Shown here one piece after another: positions 57,728-64,000 of a DNA stretch of 64,000 nt. The notes under the pieces are model-generated. The model was not told the origin of the DNA. It saw nothing but the letters and a program-made list of their open reading frames with translations, and searched no databases. Position 1 is the first letter of the stretch. Each line of letters begins with the position of its first letter. Origin of the DNA: a virus; the IMG/VR virus record IMGVR_UViG_3300010883_000009, positions 29,876-93,875 of that record. The stretch is one strand, 5' to 3'. The translations under genes were made by a program, and so were the position numbers.

Positions 57728-58546
57728 TCAGTCCCAAAAATTTAACCATTTAATTACCTTCTCTATCAAATTCTTCTTTTCCACAGGTCTGTTCGTTTTT
57801 TGGTCTATAATCACAACAGGTTCTTTTGGCATATCTTTCTCAGATGTGACATGCGAATATGATTTCGTTGCGCTTGTTGACGAAGCTGCTGGCGCAGACC
57901 TAGAACCGGGCTTCTTCCATGGTATAGCTCTTATCCATAAAACCTCATAATCTTGCCAAGTAATCCCATCTCCTTCAGAATCTATGTTGAGTGCCGTCTG
58001 ATCAGCATTTTCCATCCCGTTCTCAAGAACTGCCCATACCCGAAGCAAATAGTTCGAATTGTCTACTATAGGCGGAGTCCACGTTAAGAACCCAAAATGA
58101 ACCGTCTTATGCTCGAAAAAGCTCGGAGGGAAATTCGTAATCGTATCGATTGTTACCCAATTCGCTGAAGATGCCGTGTTCGTTCCAATATGATATTGGA
58201 ACCTCGCCTCTTCATAATCATATCCCGTCAACGGCGAATTCGTCATAAACCAAAAATAAAACGTAACCGGCCAAGCACAATCAAATGTATTGTTAGGGTC
58301 TCCGCCGTAAAGCAATGTAATGTCAGGATCTACATCCCCTCTGTCGAAAAAATCAATTGATGTCAATGGACCTGTTGGATTGAAAACATCTTGGTCCTTC
58401 TGATAAGTCTCGTAGGTATTGGCGCGAGTTATCATAACTCTGCCCCAAGGCTCGCTGTCATCGAACCATGCATTCGCAACCATCGGTATTCCCAATGCGA
58501 TTGCTAAAAGTATGCTAAGTAAACGTAATCTCATATGCTTATCCAA
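57728..58546 (-). CDS. secreted beta-rich protein
   Basis: RLRLLSILLAIALGIPMVANA signal peptide. Confidence 0.7.
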   Translation of the reverse strand: MDKHMRLRLLSILLAIALGIPMVANAWFDDSEPWGRVMITRANTYETYQKDQDVFNPTGPLTSIDFFDRGDVDPDITLLYGGDPNNTFDCAWPVTFYFWFMTNSPLTGYDYEEARFQYHIGTNTASSANWVTIDTITNFPPSFFEHKTVHFGFLTWTPPIVDNSNYLLRVWAVLENGMENADQTALNIDSEGDGITWQDYEVLWIRAIPWKKPGSRSAPAASSTSATKSYSHVTSEKDMPKEPVVIIDQKTNRPVEKKNLIEKVIKWLNFWD

Positions 58547-58558
58547 ATTATAGAAGAG

Positions 58559-59029
58559 TTACCCTAAAACGACTTTTTCAGTTTGATAGTCGCTCCAAAT
58601 AAAGCCGAAGCCTGATCGATATCGGATATATACTTCATCCATTCGATTGCCGGCGTTCTGATGCGTATATGTTACCAAGCCATAAGTTACGTCTTGATAG
58701 GCTGGAACCAATCCTCCGGGATCGATCTGAATAAAATCAGTGCCATTCCAAAACTCCCAACCAGATTGACTAATGGAAGTATCAACTTGGAAGATAAACG
58801 ATGACCAATCTGAATCAGTTGAGGCATCAACCTGAAACTTAAGGGTTTGCTGAGGGTCATTGCCATCTACGATGATCGGACCTCGAAGCATAACTACCAA
58901 TTTAGCCGACCAAATCTTACCATCAAAAAGGGTGTCGATCCAATCACCAAAATCGTCCTCGCAAGGCGTGTCGCCATCCTCGAACCGACTTTTTAAATAT
59001 GCTGAACTTCTTACTGTCATTTTAGGCAC
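58559..59029 (-). CDS. putative virion structural (tail/fibre-associated) protein
   Basis: LKSRFEDGDTPCEDDFGDWIDTL resembles a common phage fibre N-terminal motif; GTG start. Confidence 0.5.
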   Translation of the reverse strand: MPKMTVRSSAYLKSRFEDGDTPCEDDFGDWIDTLFDGKIWSAKLVVMLRGPIIVDGNDPQQTLKFQVDASTDSDWSSFIFQVDTSISQSGWEFWNGTDFIQIDPGGLVPAYQDVTYGLVTYTHQNAGNRMDEVYIRYRSGFGFIWSDYQTEKVVLG

Positions 59030-59181
59030 TCATCTTCTAATTTATACGCAGCTTTATTATACATCTCCTGCATGGATTATTCCTTTACTAAGTCCGTTTC
59101 TTGCAGATCACCTATCACCAACTATGCAATACTATTACAACCACATAAGGCTGCATTCCTCTTTACAACCTCAGAAAGTTG

Positions 59182-59617
59182 TTACTCCATCGGTGATCCG
59201 AAACCGAGTTCGTTGAGAGCGTCCATCGTCTTCTCAGATTCGAACTTCCCATCAGAAACTTCAGGGTCATCAAAATCTAATGGAAGAGACGTAGCAGGCG
59301 GAGCTTGAGGCTCTGGATTTATATGAGCGCCTGAATATGTAGGAGAATTCATTAGACTATGAATCCGAGAATTACTGGGTATAGCAAAGTTCTGAGGCGG
59401 TATAGACGCCATGTGACCCTCTTGTAAGCTTTTCTCTGCCCTCTGGTCTCTGGTCTCTCGGAGTATACGATGGAACCTCAAAATGAGTATTCGTAGGATT
59501 CGGGTTAGCAATGAATTGAGTCTCTCGATCAGAAGCTATACCATGACTGAGCTTAGATCGATGACGAGCAACCTCTTCTAAACGACTAACGCTTGGCTGT
59601 ATTCTTACTATTGGCAT
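59182..59617 (-). pseudogene. single 142-aa gene split by a 7-nt tandem duplication
   Basis: Removing one AGAGACC unit at 59441-59458 joins the two ORF-track frames. Confidence 0.6.
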
Positions 59618-59957
59618 TTTTGTCGTCCTTTGGATCAGGCGTCTCCTCAAGATCTTCTTCGTTTACATATTTGACATTCTGTAGGCGCTGAACATATCCC
59701 GGCGTCTGAACATCATCAAATGAAAATACACTAAATGGATTTATGAATGAAGCCTTCTTAGGGGTTACAACACCGTATACACCAACCCAATTAGTTACCA
59801 TATTACCTCCGTGCAACCCAATGGCAACCATCTTGTTGTCAGAATTGCATTTGAATAAAGCCGCTCGAATCGCGCAAATAGGTGTTGTTTCCTCTGGAAC
59901 AGAGAAAATCCTTCCCATATCGTATCGGGACTGTGTTATGTATTCAGTATCTCCCAT
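59586..59957 (-). CDS. hypothetical protein
   Basis: Start MGDTEY downstream of TGTATAAT and AAGGA. Confidence 0.65.
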   Translation of the reverse strand: MGDTEYITQSRYDMGRIFSVPEETTPICAIRAALFKCNSDNKMVAIGLHGGNMVTNWVGVYGVVTPKKASFINPFSVFSFDDVQTPGYVQRLQNVKYVNEEDLEETPDPKDDKNANSKNTAKR

Positions 59958-59993
59958 CAATCTAGTCCTTACCTTGCACGTATTATACAAGAA

Positions 59994-62900
59994 CTAGAAC
60001 TGAATAATCACATTGTCGTTGAATGCACTCGCCCATACAGTACGACGATTATCGGAAGCAGGAACAGGATAAGGATCAGGAGGAAACACTTTTATAGTAC
60101 CCTTGATCGGAGTTTGTTCCTTCTCAAGATCTTTGAAATTGTATAAGTCCTGATACTTCTGATACTCAGGAGATTGAATGAATTGCTGAATCTTAGAACC
60201 ATGCGTCGGCAAATCCATTTGATCTAGAGTATCCCACAACGAATATGGTATCCCCGCATTATCCAACGCCTGTTGAGCCTCTTTCTTAGATTCCTGCAAT
60301 GCTATCGACTTCCGATATTCTACTAAATGCTCTTGAATTAAAGGATGTTGCTCATACTCAGGAGGAATCTTCGTCAACGCTTCTGGATTTTGATAATTAT
60401 GATCGATGTATTGTATCCATTCATTCAACTTCAAACGTTGACGAAAACTTTCATCATCAAGAACAAATTGAGACGGAAAATTGTAGTTAGAATAATATCC
60501 ACCCAAATTTTCAGCATCTGTTATTTTTTTACGAGTAACATATTCCATCCATTGATCAAGTATGATCTTTTGCATCTTTGGCTCTTTAATGATTTCTTCC
60601 ATCATGCCAGACGGAACACTGATCTGTATAATACCCTTATCAACAATCAATTTCTTCCATATCTTTCTGGTATAATCTCTTAAGTTGTTCTTTGCTAACT
60701 CGTCATCCCCAAGTATATCAAAATAGTGATCCCAACGATCAGGATTCCCCGCGATCTGCTCTTTCCAATGCTCCATGCGTTTCTTGAGGTATTGAGGATC
60801 GTTCTTTATTTGTTCAACCAACTCAGGCAAAGCAGAATCAATGAATGAGGAACTATTTCCTTCGTAAAGTTGTTGCTCAACATAGTCCCTGATTGCCTTG
60901 ACGACTTTTGGATTGCCATAAATCTCATTGTTCTTAAATGGGGTCTCATTCTTAAATTCGGGGCGTCTGATAGCCTGACGAATCCAATATTCTTTCCACT
61001 TCTCAACTATCTCAGGATCTTTTAGAAACTCATCAATAACCTTTTCAGGAAGACGCGAAAAATATTCAGGATAGTTTTCAGCAAACTGTCGAGCGCCTTC
61101 CCAATAAGCCTTTAACAGCTCTTCGTCTTTGATTTCGTCAAACTCAATCTCATTAGGAGAAGTAGCAACGAGATCCCTCATATGTTCCAAATATGATTGA
61201 TGCACTTCAGGATCAGCTTTTATCTCATCCTTAAACTCAGTAGGAATGCTTTTGTAATACTTTGGCTGTCGAACAACATGTTTCTTCCACCATTGCTTAG
61301 CAGCCGCCTGAACTTCAGGATCATTCCTTACTATTGCCATAGGACAAATAGTATAATGCGCTCCATGCTTAGGATTAACAAGAATCTTTTTCCACATGTC
61401 AGCGTCTTTGTTTAACTCTTTGTACGCTGTAGGTATACGATCCATACGATTAGGATTCTCAATCAAATTGTCCTTCCAAGCCTGCATACCAAATTCTTTG
61501 AAGTCAGGAAGTACAAGCAACTCCGATGGGACATAAGCCATCCCCTCAATCCCGTGCTCCTGTACACGCGCCTTCCATTTGTCAACAACTATCCCCATTA
61601 GTTCTTTGTCTTTCATCAATGACGCAGGAATGTTATTTCCATAAGAACCATAAACATCATCAATGGCATATTGCTCCATCAGTGAAATGATTTTCTGTTT
61701 CGCCGTTTCAGCATAAATAGGATCTTCTTTCAAATGATCCGGCAAGTTGTCCAATCTGTTTGGAGAACGCTCAACAAGCTCTATCCATGCCGGTCCCAAT
61801 TTCTCCAAAACCCTCGGATCATTTCTCAGCTTCTCATTCAAATCTCCCCAACCTTCGACGTTACCTTCAATGGCTATAATAGATGACTGAATCGCTTTTT
61901 CAAAAATTTCAGGATCGTTAGCGAACGCCTCAGGAATCTGTTCAAAATAACCCGAACTGTGCGTTACTTGTTCACCCCAATACGCTTTCGCCTTAGCTTT
62001 TAACTCAGGCATCTCTTTAATATCATCATACGGACACTTCTCCCAATTATCAGGACTGGTATCTAAAAGATTCTCCCAACCAGTATGAGAAGCTTTTAGC
62101 ATCTCAGCATCTTGTTGAACCCATTCAGGAGCCTTCGAGAAATACGTAGGCGTCTTCTCAATAGTCTTGATCCATCCATTACGTATCGCAGCTTGAGTTT
62201 TCGGCAAATCCTGCACATGTTCCGGCAAATCAATGGCCATTACGTTGCTAGGATCAATTTGCCTCGCCCAATGACTATCAGCAGCATCCAATATCTGAGG
62301 CGACTTGCGAACACTATCATACGGACATCTATCCCAATGCTTAGGATATCCCAATAAAATTTCTGTCCATACCTTCTCGGAAAGATCAGCGCCCTTCTTC
62401 TGAATAAAACGCTCTAACTTCTCTTCGTTCTTATAACGATGGTTCGCCCTGTCCGATTCACTAGAGTTCTCATTGTCAATGATATCTATTTGATCATACG
62501 ACTTAGGAGAAAGGAAAACAGCTTGCATCGGTTCAGAACTATGAATATATCCTTTGCCACTCTTGTCAGCAAAACCTTCATACTCCAAAACCCCATTCAA
62601 AATACGATTGAAAGCCAATCCAAAAGGATTTAATTTGCCCTCAGATTTGTCAGGCATCAAATCACTCAAATCATACGCATTTAACATCTCACGAACAATA
62701 GTCTCTCGATCAGCCCCCGGCTCTTTTAACATAGCTACCAAATAACTTAAATGCCGAACCACATTCCACATCGACATGACAGGATTTAACTCTTTGGCTT
62801 TTTCCAATGCCTTCTTCTCAATACCCTCAAATTCTTCATCTGTCAAAACCGTAGGCGTAAAATATCCCCTCAGTTTCTTCTTGTCCTCATCATAACTCGC

Positions 62901-63380
62901 AGAATCATATTCATTGTACATGTCATTGATGAACTTAGCATCTTCCCTTACACGAATAATAGCAATATAAGGTTTCTCACCCTGATAAGGAACATCCGAT
63001 AAACTGCCCGAATTTTCAATCCTATCCCATATCTCTTTCAATGGATAGGTATATATACCCAATGGCGTATTGTAATGACTCTTTGGATTGATGCCAACCT
63101 TAGGTTCTTTACGAGGCTTTTTGTTCTTGCGAATAGATGGAGTCTCTTCTAATGTCCCGATGTAAGATATGTAAACATTAGGATCATCTTTGTATTGCTT
63201 CAAAATATCAAACGAACTCGGCTTGGGCTGACGCTGATTAGCAGGTCGAGCAGCTAAAATAACCATCTCTTGAGGAGATTCTAAATGCTCCACAGAAAAA
63301 TCAGATTCCCATTCAGATACAAAATCATTCCATATACACCTAGCATATGCTAATTTTAAATTGTCATCGAATGTATTCAT
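59994..63380 (-). CDS. 1128-aa protein with globular N-terminal domain and many DUF4116-like helical repeats
   Basis: GINPKSHYNTPLGIYTYP and GYIHSSEPMQAVFL motifs; about 33-aa W...P...IP...DPE repeats. Confidence 0.65.
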   Translation of the reverse strand: MNTFDDNLKLAYARCIWNDFVSEWESDFSVEHLESPQEMVILAARPANQRQPKPSSFDILKQYKDDPNVYISYIGTLEETPSIRKNKKPRKEPKVGINPKSHYNTPLGIYTYPLKEIWDRIENSGSLSDVPYQGEKPYIAIIRVREDAKFINDMYNEYDSASYDEDKKKLRGYFTPTVLTDEEFEGIEKKALEKAKELNPVMSMWNVVRHLSYLVAMLKEPGADRETIVREMLNAYDLSDLMPDKSEGKLNPFGLAFNRILNGVLEYEGFADKSGKGYIHSSEPMQAVFLSPKSYDQIDIIDNENSSESDRANHRYKNEEKLERFIQKKGADLSEKVWTEILLGYPKHWDRCPYDSVRKSPQILDAADSHWARQIDPSNVMAIDLPEHVQDLPKTQAAIRNGWIKTIEKTPTYFSKAPEWVQQDAEMLKASHTGWENLLDTSPDNWEKCPYDDIKEMPELKAKAKAYWGEQVTHSSGYFEQIPEAFANDPEIFEKAIQSSIIAIEGNVEGWGDLNEKLRNDPRVLEKLGPAWIELVERSPNRLDNLPDHLKEDPIYAETAKQKIISLMEQYAIDDVYGSYGNNIPASLMKDKELMGIVVDKWKARVQEHGIEGMAYVPSELLVLPDFKEFGMQAWKDNLIENPNRMDRIPTAYKELNKDADMWKKILVNPKHGAHYTICPMAIVRNDPEVQAAAKQWWKKHVVRQPKYYKSIPTEFKDEIKADPEVHQSYLEHMRDLVATSPNEIEFDEIKDEELLKAYWEGARQFAENYPEYFSRLPEKVIDEFLKDPEIVEKWKEYWIRQAIRRPEFKNETPFKNNEIYGNPKVVKAIRDYVEQQLYEGNSSSFIDSALPELVEQIKNDPQYLKKRMEHWKEQIAGNPDRWDHYFDILGDDELAKNNLRDYTRKIWKKLIVDKGIIQISVPSGMMEEIIKEPKMQKIILDQWMEYVTRKKITDAENLGGYYSNYNFPSQFVLDDESFRQRLKLNEWIQYIDHNYQNPEALTKIPPEYEQHPLIQEHLVEYRKSIALQESKKEAQQALDNAGIPYSLWDTLDQMDLPTHGSKIQQFIQSPEYQKYQDLYNFKDLEKEQTPIKGTIKVFPPDPYPVPASDNRRTVWASAFNDNVIIQF

Positions 63381-63582
63381 GTAATCGCTGCGCAGCCGAA
63401 CTCTAATTTATCTTATATCCTCGTCACATCGAATTTTTTCTCATAAATTCCCCTACATATTTCCCCATCTGTAAACAAATATCCTCCAACATCAATAAGA
63501 GGATTTAGAGATTTTACTAAGCAAGTGTTCTTTAGTCTTATTCGGATAAGACCCAAAGCGAACACCTAACGGAGAATTAAAA

Positions 63583-63858
63583 ATGAAAGTACAAGTAACA
63601 AAAGATTCTTGGGGAACTCAAGTATGGTTAGAAAATGTAGAACTAACATATCAAGTCATCAACCTCGGAAATAGAGCCAAGAAACCTACCGCACGAATCT
63701 CCAACGATCCCGTATGGCTTACTGAAAAAATCACATGGTTCAGACGCATTAAACCATTTAGTGATAAGTTCGTCAAAAAGAACTTCCCCGAACTTGCAGA
63801 TAAACTCGAAGTAGGCGAAAACAAAATCATGGACATTCAATTTAGAAAGTCCAGCTAA
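63583..63858 (+). CDS. hypothetical protein
   Basis: GGAG RBS, 91 aa. Confidence 0.6.
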   Translation: MKVQVTKDSWGTQVWLENVELTYQVINLGNRAKKPTARISNDPVWLTEKITWFRRIKPFSDKFVKKNFPELADKLEVGENKIMDIQFRKSS

Positions 63859-63869
63859 GAAAATAGAAG

Positions 63870-63998
63870 TTAATTCGCAGGCTGAATGACACCGGAAAAG
63901 TCAATGTCTTCTCCATGGGATATGATGTAGATGTAAAGATTCCCGTCTTTCTCTACCTCTTGAGTGTAATCATCGCCTTCCATCCATCCGTTAAGCCG
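63870..63998 (-). CDS. C-terminal end of a gene running off the window
   Basis: Open frame RLNGWMEGDDYTQ...VIQPAN-stop. Confidence 0.5.
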   Translation of the reverse strand, partial: RLNGWMEGDDYTQEVEKDGNLYIYIISHGEDIDFSGVIQPAN

Positions 63999-64000
63999 GT

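Noticed and set aside
1-64000. Stop-codon reassignment
   Set aside because: Long genes are intact under the standard code and TAA, TAG and TGA all end well-supported genes
1-64000. tRNA or rRNA genes
   Set aside because: No cloverleaf or rRNA-like sequence recognised in the short intergenic gaps; not tool-verified

Overview
64 kb segment of a large tailed dsDNA bacteriophage (probably jumbo), standard genetic code, mostly minus-strand genes. It holds the head-assembly module: HK97-fold major capsid protein (8086-8952), probable decoration protein, a 1864-aa prohead protease/scaffold, a portal with a C-terminal DUF559-like nuclease domain, and a terminase large subunit. It also encodes a class II ribonucleotide reductase, ClpP, several other proteases, a T4-like lysozyme, an intein-containing Ycf46-like AAA+ ATPase with DUF1257/DUF2997-like partners, and a cassette of secreted proteins. 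The most notable pattern is that about 20 otherwise unrelated proteins share a few classes of short leader ending in a [K/R]-x-[A/S] motif that also recurs about 25 times in the protease/scaffold. These include ADP-ribosyltransferase-like, HExxH protease, lysozyme and small acidic proteins. I infer a capsid-targeting and maturation-cleavage system for packaged effectors, analogous to but distinct from the T4 CTS. Many of these genes sit directly behind a 20-copy AGG-N18/19-GAA (sigmaH-like) promoter as near-leaderless units, and a second TGTATAAT promoter class serves other genes. No tRNA, rRNA or CRISPR array was seen. All family assignments come from motif recognition by eye, not database searches.
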